Position numbers and translations under genes: made by a program
Assembly: GCA_964016885.1 (NCBI GenBank)
Contig: CAXHJY010000723.1
Coordinates: forward strand, 1-42,042
Source of the DNA: Eledone cirrhosa
Taxonomy: Eukaryota
Length of the DNA stretch: 42,042 bases
Direction of reading: 5' to 3'
The notes under the pieces: generated by a model
Told to the model about the DNA's origin: nothing
The model's input: the letters and a program-made list of their open reading frames with translations, nothing else
The model's database searches: none
In this document: one piece after another, positions 22,930-36,381 of the stretch
How positions within the stretch are numbered: position 1 is the stretch's first letter
How the letters are laid out: each line of letters starts with the position of its first letter

Positions 22930-23190
22930 GAAAAAGAGATCTAGGGGGAGAATCGACCCAGTATTGAACTGGTACTTTTTTATCGACCTCGAAAGGATCT
23001 CTCTCTCTCTTTTTTTTTCTCTCTGCAAATCTCAAAAATCGACCACTAGTATTGGTCTGGTACTCTTTTTCTATCAAACTTGAAGGGATGAAAAGCAAAG
23101 TTGACCGCGGTAGGATTTGAACTCAGATAGAAAAGAGTCGGAACGACTAGCGCAAAGCATCCTATCCGATGTCCTTGCGACCTTACCAAT
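22930..23190 (-). mobile_element. Old SINE family A-related copies
   Basis: aatcgacccagta...ctggtactttt..atcgacc and aaagttgacc..ggatttgaactcaga blocks. Confidence 0.7.
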
Positions 23191-23427
23191 CCAATCCACT
23201 TCACTCCGTTATATTCTTAGTACAAACTAATATATTCCACTTTCCAACTGTTTATACTAAATATTTACTGAAGTAGGGCAACATTAGTTTCATCAGATTC
23301 TACTGCTTAATTGATTAACTTCTGTTTGTTATTTACTTCACAACTCTCACATTTCAACAATCATATTCTACATTAAATAGTACAATATATACACATTACA
23401 GAATAAATTATATATATATATATATAG

Positions 23428-23515
<88 letters not shown>

Positions 23516-23620
23516 GAGAAAGAGAGTAAATAAATATATATATACACATATTTGCTCTCTTTCTTTTTTTCATTCTTTCTTTCTTACTCTCTCTCTCTCA
23601 CTCTCTCTCACTCTCTTTCT

Positions 23621-23683
<63 letters not shown>

Positions 23684-23808
23684 GGGAGTTAGCCCAAAAG
23701 AATCAATATTAGCAATAAATAATATTTTTAAGTTCAATATGTTTATGTCAATATACATAGAAATATACGAGAGATTTTAAAAAAGAATTATAACAGACCA
23801 TATACAAC

Positions 23809-23884
<76 letters not shown>

Positions 23885-23920
23885 GTTAAAACGATCAAAT
23901 TTTAGTTTAGAACATTTATT

Positions 23921-23967
23921 TGCTGACAATTGTTTCTTCCAGAGGGAAGTCTGGAATCATCGGAGCA
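23921..23967 (-). ncRNA. Compact hammerhead motif with one core substitution (CCGAUGA)
   Basis: tgct-CCGATGA-ttccaga-cttccc-tctggaa-GAAAC-aatt-GTC-agca. About 40 nt from a (TA)n tract, with aataaa just downstream. Confidence 0.7.
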
Positions 23968-24474
23968 TAAGGAATGTCGAAACATGTAACTAAAATCCTA
24001 GTCATTTAGAACATTTAGGGTATATAATTGTTATTAGTGTCAAAGGCATCATGTGGAGAGTCAGGAGTTAAAAAGATGTTCTGCTTGAAAGAACACAATT
24101 ACAGGCAGCACTGGTTGGAAGTGTAATAGGAATAAGTGAAAAGCACGAGCAAAAAAAGTTATAAGCAAGGACAATTGGTGTACAATGCAGGAATCAATAC
24201 AGTCAATAAGGCATGTATGAGGAAAGAGTTATAATGCAGCTGAAATAAACGTATTTTGTGTGGGGTGTTAAAGCATGTTATAATTGTTATAAATGTTTAA
24301 GATAGTGTGCAGTTTGTTAGAGAGGTTTGTGGTGATAATGTAGGTATTTGTTATGTAAGGTGTAATGCAAAGCACGTGATATAGTTGGGTATTTGATTTT
24401 TATTTAAGTGTGTTTGTGTTGTAGTTCGTATTTATGTGCATGTGTTGTTTGTTACTCACAGCTATAAACCATGG

Positions 24475-24660
24475 GATTATTTTGAGTCGTTTATAGTCAA
24501 TAGGTGTTTGTTTGTTAAATGTAAATTCCGCGGAATTTACATTTAACAAACAAACACCTATTGACTATAAACGACTCAAAATAATCAATATTAACGACTC
24601 AAAATAATCAATATTAACCATGGGATTATTTTGAGTCGTTTATAGTCAATAGGTGTTTGT
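24475..24660. repeat. Perfect loop-less palindrome (56-bp arms) plus short re-duplications
   Basis: Arms at 24475-24530 and 24531-24586 centred on ttccg|cggaa, followed by a 23-bp direct duplication and a third copy at 24616-24660. Confidence 0.9.
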
Positions 24661-24834
24661 ATATATATATATTGTTATACTTGGGGAGGGTCATATTTGT
24701 GTAATAGAATATAGAATATTTACCCAACATTTCAACAGCACGTGGAAATTAATTAAATATACGGTCAACCATACATAATTAGGTAAAAATTAAAGTTAGA
24801 AATGCTTATATACATACCAGGATTAAATCACTAA

Positions 24835-24913
24835 ATCCCGACCCATGAGTTTCGCTCACATTTTGAGATATCTTATTAAGGATAAATCTCGTGTTTAGAG
24901 CTCTTCAGGGGAC
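24835..24913 (-). ncRNA. Canonical type I hammerhead ribozyme motif
   Basis: gtccc-CTGAAGA-gctc...gagat..atctc...gagc-GAAAC-t-catg-g-GTC-gggat, with G10.1-C11.1 and a GUC triplet. Confidence 0.85.
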
Positions 24914-25214
24914 AAACTCGCTAGGACAGGTTATTTTCTGAAGTGGCTCCCGCCAAACACGAATTCAAAATGGTTGTATATATATATAAAAGGTAAACAG
25001 AAATATCAACACAATCGTTACACTATATGGAAGGGATATATTAAGTTAACGATTTGATATAGCAGGAAAGAGTTCAAATTCTTCAGGGGTCAGTATAATA
25101 AAGTAACAGTAAAATATTAGGTTTTTTCTCCCCCGACATTAATGACCTTGTGTCAATGTTAGAATCAATTAATAATAAATTAATTAATTACGTAATTAAT
25201 TACACATATTAAAA

Positions 25215-25855
25215 GAATAGTTTGAGCGTCGAATACACGCTATGTCATTTTTACTGGCTCTTTGCGTTCTGAGTTAAAATCTCGTCGAGGTCAACTTTGC
25301 CTTTCATCCTTCATGGGTCTATAAAATTAAGTACCAGTCATATATTGGCGTCGATGTAAATGACTTTCATCTCACCCAACCAAATTTCTTGTATTTTACC
25401 TAAATTAAAACAAACAAAAAAAAAAGAGTATTACGGATCTTTAGGTTCTGAGATCAAATCTTGTAGAGGTCAACTTCGATGTTCATGCTTCAGAAGAGGT
25501 CTATAAAACAAAGTACCAGTGACATACTGGGGTTGGTTGAAATTATTTCCCTCTTCCCTCAATCTTCTGGCCTTGTGCTTCTGTTAGAAACTGTTGTCAA
25601 GGGCGGTAGATTAGCAAATTGGTAGAACGTCGTTCTTTCTACATTCTGGTTTCAAATCTCACCATGGTCAAATTTGCCTCTCACCCTTTTGAAGTCGATA
25701 AATTAAGGTAGCAGTTGCCCCCCCCCCCCCCCCCCTCACACACACACCTCAAATTGATCTCGGAAGGATGAAAGGCAAAGTTGACCTCGGCGGGATTTGA
25801 ACTCAGAACATAAAGGGCCGTAACTAAATATAGCAAAGCATTTTGTCCGACTCTC
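25215..25855. mobile_element. Cluster of old SINE family A-related fragments (three on plus, one on minus)
   Basis: Repeated ttctgag.t.aaatct.g..gaggtcaactt and aagtaccagt blocks. Inverted copy at 25755-25855. Confidence 0.75.
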
Positions 25856-25874
25856 AAAATGTAATAACAATGAC

Positions 25875-26022
25875 AGCTACTACTACTACTACTACTAGTA
25901 CTGCTAATGTTGCTGCTGCTACTACTACTACCACCACCATCATCACCACCACCACCACTACTACTATTGCTGCTACCACCACCACCACCATCACCACCAC
26001 CACCACCACCACCACCACCACC

Positions 26023-26067
<45 letters not shown>

Positions 26068-26181
26068 GCTGCTAATGTTGCTGCTGCTACTACTACTACT
26101 ACCACCACCATCATCACCACCACCACCACTACCACTACTACTATTGCTGCTACCACCACCACCACCACCACCACCACCACC

Positions 26182-26217
<36 letters not shown>

Positions 26218-26340
26218 GCTGCTGCTAATGTTGCTGCTGCTACTACTACTACCACCACCATCATCACCACCACCACCACTACCACTACTACTATTGCTGC
26301 TACCACCACCACCTCCACCACCACCACCACCACCACCACA

Positions 26341-26390
<50 letters not shown>
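25875..26390. repeat. Compound (ACT/ACC/GCT)n trinucleotide repeat with three higher-order units
   Basis: gctaatgttgctgctgct...accatcatcacc...actattgctgctacc occurs three times. Confidence 0.9.
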
Positions 26391-27068
26391 AAAAACAACA
26401 ACAATAACACCACTAGCAAGACAGCAGTAGCAAGAACAACAATATGACAACAATATGAAAATAATAATTTAACTTTTTTGCTGATTCACCGAAACTTCAA
26501 CCCTCCGCCAAATTACTGGCCTTGTGCATAAATTAGAAACAGTTATTTCTTTATTTTTTCTCTTCTGCCTTTGTTTTACTGTAAGTCTGTGCTGTTTCTA
26601 TAGCATGCTTCCTGTCCATTCAACTGTTAAAATGTTATTTGTGTTATTTGTGTATTTATATAGAGTTTTTGGTGGAAAAGAATACCACCAATTAACATAT
26701 ATAAATGTATGATATATAGATAGAGGAGGGGGGGTAGTGAGGGAGGGAGATAGAGGGAGGGGGCGAGATAGAGAGATAGGGAGGGGAGAGGGGGATATAG
26801 AGGGGGGGATGGGGAAGGGAGAAGGAGGGGAGGGGGGAGTGAGAGAGAGAAAGAGAGAGAGTAGAAAGGAAGAGAGAGAAAGAGAGTGGAAAGATAGATA
26901 GATAGATAGATAGCTAGGTAGATAGAGAGATATAGAGAGAGAGAGAAGGAAAGAGAATGGAGAAGGAGGGAGAGGGAGAGAAATAGGGGAAAGGAAAAGA
27001 GAGAGAGAAAGGAAAGAAGAGAAAGGCGAGAAAAGTGAGAGAGTGGAAAGTGAGACAGAGAGAGTAGA

Positions 27069-27152
<84 letters not shown>

Positions 27153-27695
27153 AAGAGAGAGAGAAGGAGAGAGAGAGAGTGTGTGGAAAGAGAGGAGATA
27201 GAGAGATAGATAGCTAGGTAGATAGAATGAGAGAGAGAGACAGGTAGAGTGTGAGAGAGAGAGAAAGAGAAAGAGAGGGAGAGAAAGAGACTGTGAGTGT
27301 GAGAGAGATAGAGAGAGTGGGAGATGCAGAGAAGAGGGAGATTTTAAAGACAAACAAACGAAAAAAAATAGGGTTTAAAAAAAAACCCAAAAGAGAATGG
27401 AAAGTATAAGGTGATGGGAAGAGAGGGTGGGAAAGGGAGAGAGAGAGAGAGAGAGTGAGACAGGGAGAAAGAAAGAGTGAGAGGGGAGGTGAGAGAAGGA
27501 GAGAGAGAGAGAGAAAGAGGTGGGTGAAAGAGAGAGAAAGAGGTGGGTGAAAGAGAGAGAAAGAGAGACAAGAGTATGTAAGGGAGGCAAAGTGGAAAAG
27601 AGAAAAAGAGAGAAGAGAAATAAAGTGAGGTGTGGAGAGAGAGAAGAAGTGGGAGAAAAAAAGAGAGAGAGAGAGAAATGAAAGAAAGTGATGTC

Positions 27696-27728
<33 letters not shown>

Positions 27729-28004
27729 TGGAGAAAGAAAGATAAGAAGGAAGCGGAGAAGGGGAACCGAAAAAAAAAAAAGACGAGGGCGCTAACGAAG
27801 GTAAGGGAAGTGTGGTGTAGAAAGGTGGGTAGGAGGAGCGGTAAGAGGAGAAGAGAGAATGAAGAGGGATGGAGGGGAAGAGGGGGGGGAGGGTTGAAGA
27901 AAGGCAAGCAAGATCAAGGAGTAGTAGAAGGAGCAGGAAGAGGAAACAGGAGATAATATGTATTTTCAAGCAAGCAAACAAATAGGGTTGAAGAAGTAGG
28001 AAAA

Positions 28005-28435
28005 GTGGTGGTGGTGGTGGCAGTGGTGGTGGTGGTGGCAGTGGTGGTGGTGGTGGTGGTGGTGGTGGTGGTGGTGGTGGTGGTGGTGGTGGCGGTGGTG
28101 GTGGTGGTGGTGGTGGTGGTGGTGGCAGTGGTGGTGGTGGTGGTGGTGGCAGTGGTGGTGGTGGCGGTGGTGGTGGTGGTGGTGGTGGTGGTGGTGGCAG
28201 TGGTGGTGGTGGTGGTGGTGGTGGTGGTGGCAGTGGTGGTGGTGGTGGTGGTGGTGGTGGTGGCAGTGGTGGTGGTGGTGGTGGTGGTGGTAGCAGTGGT
28301 GGTGGTGGTGGTGGTGGTGGTGGTGGTGGCAGTGGTGGTGGTGGTGGTGGTGGTAGCAGTGGTGGTGGTGGTGGTGGTGGTGGTGGTGGTGGCAGTGGTG
28401 GTGGTGGCGGTGGTGGTGGTGGTGGTGGTGGTGAG
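28005..28435. repeat. (GGT)n microsatellite with GCA/GCG interruptions
   Basis: Direct reading of the sequence. Confidence 0.95.
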
Positions 28436-28515
28436 GGGGAGAGAGTGGAGGTGATGGAAAAGGTGATAGCCATTTGTTAATCTAATTTAAGCAGTGATGC
28501 AATGGCTAAATTGTG

Positions 28516-28555
<40 letters not shown>

Positions 28556-28749
28556 TATATACATACACACACACACACATATATATATATTTATATGTAT
28601 ATATATGTGTGTACATATACACACACACACATATGTATGTATGCATGTGTGTATGTGTATATATATATACACCACCCCCACTCTCAAGAGCGTGAAACTA
28701 ATAAACCTTTGTTCGTACTGCCTCTCTGTGTTGTTCCCGTTCAATTTTT

Positions 28750-28815
<66 letters not shown>

Positions 28816-28965
28816 ATACATATATACATACACATACACACATTTATATATATATGCAATATGTATGTATGCATGTGTGTGTATATATATATATGTATGT
28901 ATACATGTATTATTCTATACACACACATATGTATATACACATATATATATATGTATCTCGCCCCC

Positions 28966-29002
<37 letters not shown>

Positions 29003-29210
29003 AATATATATATATATTTATATATGTGTGTATATATATGTATATATATATGTGTGTGTGTGTGATTTATATAATGCCTGTATAGATATAAAGTGTCAAT
29101 TGTAAAAAAGAAAACAAAAATAGGCTACAACCAACAACAATACAATAACAAAAGTCAAGATGGTTTCAAGACTATTTCAGTATGATAGAGGGAATTATTT
29201 GTCATGAATA

Positions 29211-30794
29211 ACTGGTTGGCGGGTTGGCTGGTTAGATGGTTTGCTGGCTGGATGACTGGCTGGCGGGTTGACTGGTTAGATGGTTTGCTGGCTGGATGAC
29301 TGGCTGGCGGGTTGACTGGTTAGATGGTTTGCTGGCTGGATGACTGGTTGGCGGGTTGACTGGTTAGATGGTTTGCTGGCTGGATGACTGGCTGGCGGGT
29401 TGACTGGTTAGATGGTTTGCTGGCTGGATGACTGGCTGGCGGGCTGACTGGTTAGATGGTTTGCTGCCTGGATGACTGGCTGGCGGGCTGACTGGTTAGA
29501 TGGTTTGCTGGCTGGATGACTGGCTGGCGGGTTGACTGGTTAGATGGTTTGCTGGCTGGATGACTGGTTGGCGGGTTGACTGGTTAGATGGTTTGCTGGC
29601 TGGATGACTGTCTGGCGGGTTGACTGGTTAGATGGTTTGCTGGCTGGATGACTGGCTGGCGGGCTGACTGGTTAGATGGTTTGCTGGCTGGATGACTGGT
29701 TGGCGGGCTGACTGGTTAGATGGTTTGCTGGCTGGATGACTGGTTGGCGGGCTGACTGGTTAGATGGTTTGCTGGCTGGATGACTGGTTGGCGGGTTGAC
29801 TGGTTAGATGGCTTGCTGGCTGGATGACTGGTTGGCGGGTTGACTGGTTAGATGGTTTGCTGGCTGGATGACTGGTTGGCGGGTTGACTGGTTAGATGGT
29901 TTGCTGCCTGGATGACTGGTTGGCGGGTTGACTGGTTAGATGGTTTGCTGGCTGGATGACTGGCTGGCGGGTTGACTGGTTAGATGGTTTGCTGGCTGGA
30001 TGACTGGCTGGCGGGTTGACTGGTTAGATAGTTTGCTGGCTGGATGACTGGCTGGCGGGCTGACTGGTTAGATGGTTTGCTGGCTGGATGACTGGCTGGC
30101 GGGTTGACTGGTTAGATGGTTTGCTGGCTGGATGACTGGCTGGCGGGTTGACTGGTTAGATGGTTTGCTGGCTGGATGACTGGCTGGCGGGTTGACTGGT
30201 TAGATGGTTTGCTGGCTGGATGACTGGCTGGCGGGCTGACTGGTTAGATGGTTTGCTGGCTGGATGACTGGCTGGCGGGTTGACTGGTTAGATGGTTTGC
30301 TGGCTGGATGACTGGCTGGCGGGCTGACTGGTTAGATGGTTTGCTGGCTGGATGACTGGCTGGCGGGTTGACTGGTTAGATGGTTTGCTGGCTGGATGAC
30401 TGGCTGGCGGGCTGACTGGTTAGATGGTTTGCTGGCTGGATGACTGGTTGGCGGGTTGACTGGTTAGATGGTTTGCTGGCTGGATGACTGGCTGGCGGGC
30501 TGACTGGTTAGATGGTTTGCTGGCTGGATGACTGGCTGGCGAGCTGACTGGTTAGATGGTTTGCTGGCTGGATGACTGGCTGGCGGGCTGACTGGTTAGA
30601 TGGTTTGCTGGCTGGATGACTGGCTGGCGGGTTGACTGGTTAGATGGTTTGCTGGCTGGATGACTGGCTGGCGGGTTGACTGGTTAGATGGTTTGCTGGC
30701 TGGATGACTGGCTGGCGGGTTGACTGGTTAGATGGTTTGCTGGCTGGATGACTGGCTGGCGGGCTGACTGGTTAGATGGTTTGCTGGCTGGATG
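29211..30794. repeat. Homogeneous 44-bp tandem array, ~36 copies
   Basis: Unit is gactggYtggcgggYtgactggttagatggtttgctggctggat. It grades into degenerate (GGNT)n up to ~31080. Confidence 0.97.
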
Positions 30795-31184
30795 GTTAAA
30801 TGAATGGATAGATGGTTAGATCGATGGTTGGATGGGTGGTTTGGAGTATGGCTGGGTGGTTCGATAGCTAGCAGTATGGACGTTAAGATGGATGGGCGGA
30901 TGGTTGGATGGCTGGATGATTGGTTGACTGGCAGGGTTGGATGGCTAGATGGATGGTTGGGTGGATGGTTGATGGTTCGGTGGATGGCTGGCTGGTTGGA
31001 TGATTGGGTAGAAGGCTGGTTGGAGGGCTGGGTGGGAGGCTGGTTGGATGGTTGGGTGGATGGTTGGGTGGGTGATTGGTTCCTTGCGCGCTTCTTATTT
31101 GCTTCGTTGCACAACGTTTTCCTGTACACAATTATTTTGAAAAAGAGGTTATGCTTGTCTGAACACACACACACAAGCACGCAC

Positions 31185-31246
<62 letters not shown>

Positions 31247-31312
31247 GGTAGAGAGAGAGAGGGTAGAGAGAGAGAGAGAGATATACATGCACACACACAC
31301 ACAAGCACGCAC

Positions 31313-31366
<54 letters not shown>

Positions 31367-31951
31367 GGTAGAGAGAGAGAGAGATATACATGCACACATA
31401 CAAAAATGCATACAGGGGCCTCTTTTGCCTTAAAAATGTGAGGGAGACAAACCAACATTTGTTGCTTTTTAAAGAAGCATAAAATGCTTCTGGTGCCTTT
31501 CCTGGACCCTATCACATAAGTATTTTACGGTAATTAAATTTTATATATTCGAATGAAGTTCAGATAGGAAAAAATATCAGCTCAAAAAGAATTTATTATA
31601 TCAAATAAACAAAAAATTAAAACATGGACGTTTGAAAAAGTGTGTGTGTGTGTGTGTGTGGGGGGGGGGGCTTGTCCCCTGGTACTCCACCCCACGCCCC
31701 ACCGAAACAAGGGCCTTGCACATATACATATACACAAGTACAAGCGAAAACCACCCAACTCATCCGCCATTATTTAATGATATTCACTCCTTTACGCTTA
31801 TTTACACTTAATTTTACTTTACACACACACACACACACGCTCTAACGTATACGCGTACATACATATACAGATGCAGAAACAAACACTTAATTACACATAC
31901 AATATACATACATATACATAAATATATATATATGTGTGTGTGGGTGTGTGG

Positions 31952-31989
<38 letters not shown>

Positions 31990-32507
31990 TCAATATATAT
32001 ACACTCATGAGGCATACACACATGCATGCACACATACATACATACATACATACATACATACATACATACATACATACATACATACATACATACATACATA
32101 CACGTATGTATGTATGTATATATGTATGCAAGCATATATACATTGGCAACCTCTTATACACACAGACGTAAATACAAAACGAATATATACACATATATAC
32201 ACATATACACATATACATATACGCATATACATATATACACATACGATCTTAATTTTTTACTTAGAACCAAGTCCAGCTTATTCAGAAAACAATGTACCAA
32301 GTTTTCAGAGCACTAAGGGATAAAAAAGAGACACCATAGCTTGAAGGAGCACTGGGAGGTGGGGTGGCTGATGTAGCGGGTGTCTCTGGCCATTCACCGC
32401 GTCTTTGTCATTTTGTCCGTTCAGACTGGTATGCAAGTGTCTTCCCCTCGCCCTATCCCTTTTTTTCCTTCTTTATCTTCTTTTCATTTCTTCTTTTTTG
32501 TTCCCTT

Positions 32508-32702
32508 TAATAATTGTTTCTACTTTTGGCACAAGGCCAGCAATTACTTCAGTACATTACTGGTACTTTATTTTATCGATCCCGTAGGGATGAAAGGCAA
32601 AGTTAATCTCGGCGGGATTTGAACTCAGAACACAAAGGGCCATAACTCAATGTTGCAAAGCATGATGTCTGACGCTCTACCGATACTGTCAATTCACTGC
32701 CC
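32508..32702 (-). mobile_element. SINE family A, full length
   Basis: Reverse complement matches 5202-5393. Confidence 0.9.
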
Positions 32703-32944
32703 TTAGTAGTATGTGCTGTTTTATTAGATACTGCTCAATTATTTTTATATAATGTCAATGGTTTTTTCTGACATTGTGAGATTTTGTATATTGAATTTGT
32801 TGGGTTTTTTCCCTTTTAATTATACAATAAATGACGCCTTATACTAACAAAAAAAAAGGAAAGCTTTTGTGTCGTGTTGGTTTTTCCAGAATAAACATGG
32901 CGCAAATGTAAGTTATAACAGTTTTTTTTTTATTTCTTATCCTT

Positions 32945-33070
32945 AATGGTTTCTGATTTAGGCACAAGGCCAACAATTTTAAGGGGAGGGAAAAAGTCGA
33001 TTAAATCGACCCCAGTACGTATCTGGTACTTTATTTTATCGACCCTGTAAGGATGAAAGACAAAGCTAAC
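32945..33070 (-). mobile_element. SINE family A long-form 3' part
   Basis: ggcacaaggcc...aatcgaccccagt...ctggtactttattttatcgaccc. Confidence 0.8.
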
Positions 33071-33769
33071 ATTCTCTCTCTCCATTTCTCTCTCCCCCAA
33101 TCAGCTCTATGAAGGAACCAGGATGTCCCCAACAATCATTTCACCAACATACTATGGGACGCAAAAAGAAAGAGAGCGACTAAAACTATATAATAGAAAA
33201 AATAGAGTAAAAAATGTTTAATTGTTGTAACATTGCATTTTATTTTTTCGTTTTTATGAATATATTACTTTATTTTCTTATATTGCCTACGGCTTTTTAT
33301 AATTCTATAAATGAAATTTAAAAACCGGTTATATTTAATATTGTTGCGTGAGACTCTTTTGTATGGCCGAGAAGAAAACAACCTTTTTTTATTTTAAATG
33401 TCATATTTACAAATTGCATTTCACATTCATATAGGCGGAGAATTTGAAAAGTCGGTAGAACATCGGATAAACTACTTTGCGGTATTCGTTCAAATTGCAC
33501 CGAGAACAACTTTGCCTTTCATCAATTCGCGGTCGACAAAAAAAAATACCAGTGAAGAACTGAAGAGGGCGGTGTCGATTCTTCTTCTATATCTTTCTTA
33601 CTTCCATCCTTTCACTCTCTTTATCCTTCTCTGGAAGAAATTTGCTGTATTCAGACCTGGAGAAGAAATGGTCTCCGCCAGGTTTTTAAAAGTCGAGTTA
33701 AGCAACTGAGAGCACAAGACTCTCCCTCTGGCATAACGCCAGGACATCGCAGGTTTAAACTTCCAACTA

Positions 33770-33912
33770 TTGCTGGTACTGATTTTCAGCTGTGTATTAC
33801 TGGAGCAACGTGAAATGAAGTGTTTTGCTCAAAACAAAACACGCAGCCCAGGAATCGAACCCACGACATTATGATCGTAAGTCCAACACACTTACCACTA
33901 GGCCACGCACCT
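33770..33912 (-). mobile_element. CORE-like SINE, family B-related
   Basis: ggagcaacgtgaaatgaagtgttttgctcaa...ggaatcgaacccacgac...accactaggccacgc. Confidence 0.8.
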
Positions 33913-33937
33913 ATACAATGCTAGAAAGCGTTATTAA

Positions 33938-34152
33938 GGCGATGGATTGACAGTATGGGTAGAGCGTCGGACAACATACTTTATGGCATAGGGTTACGCC
34001 CCTTTATGATCTGATTTCAAATCCTGCCGAGGTTAACTTTGCCTTTCATCCTTACGGAGTCTATAAAATAAAGTACCAGTAATGCACTGTGTTGATTTAA
34101 TCGACTTTCCCCTTCCTCCAAATTGTTGGCCTTGTGCCTAAATCAGAAACCA
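33938..34152 (+). mobile_element. SINE family A long form
   Basis: Head, body and tail are all recognisable. Confidence 0.85.
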
Positions 34153-35279
34153 ATATATTTATTGCTTTTTGAAAGGTTATTCCGGGGCTTCCAATCTCAC
34201 ATTTACCATCTCACATACTCTACCAATCTCTTTAGACGTGTCTATGGAGCCAATCATAGACATGGCTAATAAAATAGGACATAAGATAAGTTAATGTAGA
34301 AGAAGTTTGTAAAATAGTTTATGACCTTAACCGAGATTTTGGCTATAATAATGGTGGTGGTGGTAGTGGTGGTAGTGGTGGTAGTGGTGGTGGCGGTGGC
34401 GGTAGTGGTGGTGGCGGCGGCGGTGGTGGTGGTGGTGGTGGTGGTGGTGGTGGTGGTCGTCGTCGTCGTCGTCGTGGCTATAATAATGGTGATGGTGGTA
34501 GTGGTGGTAGTGGTGGTAGTGGTGGTGGCGGTAGTGGTGGTGGCGGCGGTGGTGGTAGTGGTGGTGGCGGTAGTGGTGGTGGCGGCGGTGGTGGTGGTGG
34601 TCGTCGTCGTCGTCGTCGTGGCTATAATAATGGTGATGGCGGTAGTGGTGGTGGCGGTCGTCGTCGTCGTCGTGGTCATGGTGGTGGTGGTGATGATGGT
34701 GGTGGTGATGGTGGCGTTGATGACTTTTTGTTGTTGTTTATCACCAGGAGGTCAACCCTGTTTGACCAGAAACCAAATATTTAATCACGTTTTTCTTTTT
34801 GTTTTTCTTATTTCTTTTATCCTGCAGCGCCATCTACATTCTTCAATATTAACGTCTACATCTCGGATAAGCTAAATATCGGATGAAGTGAAGGCATCAC
34901 ACCGGGGGGAGGAGCCTCACGAGGTGGAATGGCTGATACGAGGGTGACGGCGGGAGGGGTTGGTATCGCTGGCTATTTTTATCCGCGTCAAACGCTTTCG
35001 CCATCTTGTCCACGGGACGCGTCTGAGATATGCCGTCCAGTGAAGAGTGTAAAGACCACCCCCACCCCCATCACCAATACCACCACTACAATAAGACCAG
35101 CTCTCTCTCTCTCCCTCTCTGTTTCTCCCCCTCTCTCTCCCTCTCTGTTTCTCCCCCCTCTCTCACCCTTTTTATATTTCTTTTCTTTTCTTTTCCGTCA
35201 TTGTGATAATTTATGGCCTAATTCCAGATCCTAACAATGGTGGAGGCTAAGATGGGGTGGGACAGAGCAGAGGTTGATT

Positions 35280-35315
<36 letters not shown>

Positions 35316-35677
35316 GCTGTTTATCTCCAAAGGGTCGACCTTACTCGGCCCGAAACCAAACCGGTAACCAGACACTTTCCTGCTTTCACATTTTTCGCCA
35401 TTAACCTTTCCATACCAGTTAATCCTTATCTATATTATTGATTACTTTGTGAGACAAAATGGCGACTGATTAGGAGAATCGTTAACGCGTCGGATAGACT
35501 GTTGTGGCGGTATTTGTTGATCTACGCCAGGAAATCTCAAACACGCGGGCGGCAAACTACCTTGCTATGGCCTTCAGAAGAACATTTGAAACGGTATATT
35601 TGTCCTCGACATTTTGTACAAATTCACGTATCCAACTTACTAACTATTATGTGTGCATTCATTTTCTTGAACAAAAA

Positions 35678-36052
35678 AATAATTGTTTCTACTTTTGGCA
35701 CAAGGCCAGCAATTATCCCAGTGCATTACTGGTACTTTATTTTATCGACCCCCGTAAGCTTGAAAGGCAAAGTTAACCTCGGCGGGATTTGAACTCAGAA
35801 TGGCAAGGGCCGTAACTCTATGCGTCAAAGCATGGTGTCCAACTCTTTACTGAACAAAAAAATAATAACGGTTTCTTATACAGGTACAAGGCCGGAAATT
35901 TTTAGGGAGGTGGAAATTCGATTAAATCGACCCCAGTGCGTGACTGGTACTTTATTTTATCGACCCCGTAAGGATGAAAGGCAAAGTTAACCTCGGCGGG
36001 AATTGAAATCAGATCATAAAGGACTGTAACTCTATGCTGGAAATCCACCGCC
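35678..36052 (-). mobile_element. Two adjacent SINE family A copies
   Basis: Copies at 35678-35852 and 35868-36052, both reverse complements of the family consensus. Confidence 0.85.
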
Positions 36053-36300
36053 CTAAAAAAAAAAAAAAATAATAATAATAAATAAATAGCAGCCTATCAG
36101 TTGTATTATAGATTAGAATTATAACTGGTGGGAATCACGCTCCACCTTCTCAACTCATTTTGGCCTGCTGTGCTTCTTCCCTAGGGCCCTTTTGGGTTCT
36201 TGAATTTTAGAACCCAGTTCTTTGTTCAAATCCCGTCGTAATCTTCTTAGCCTTATATCGTTTCGTGTTCAATAAAGAGCCAATCCTAGTTCTGGAGCTG

Positions 36301-36381
<81 letters not shown>

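Noticed and set aside
23285-23300. CTGATGA on the minus strand; similar isolated boxes at ~25080, ~41069 and ~41653
   Set aside because: No correctly placed GAAA plus NUH with pairing stems.
24400-24530. Possible GIY-YIG tail (LKIIPWF) on the minus strand
   Set aside because: The expected downstream E...I...P.LN motif is absent, so the match is too weak.
25843-26430. Mucin-like Thr-rich CDS
   Set aside because: It starts inside a SINE remnant and is a pure trinucleotide repeat open on both strands. No splice evidence.
29211-30794. CRISPR-like regular array
   Set aside because: Head-to-tail units with no unique spacers, no cas genes, and a eukaryotic context.
31081-31165. Possible minus-strand exon after a ttcag acceptor
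   Set aside because: The frame runs into tetranucleotide repeats, with no donor site or homology.
31412-31700. CAGGGGC-type MITE
   Set aside because: The right end is only loosely complementary and no TSD was found.
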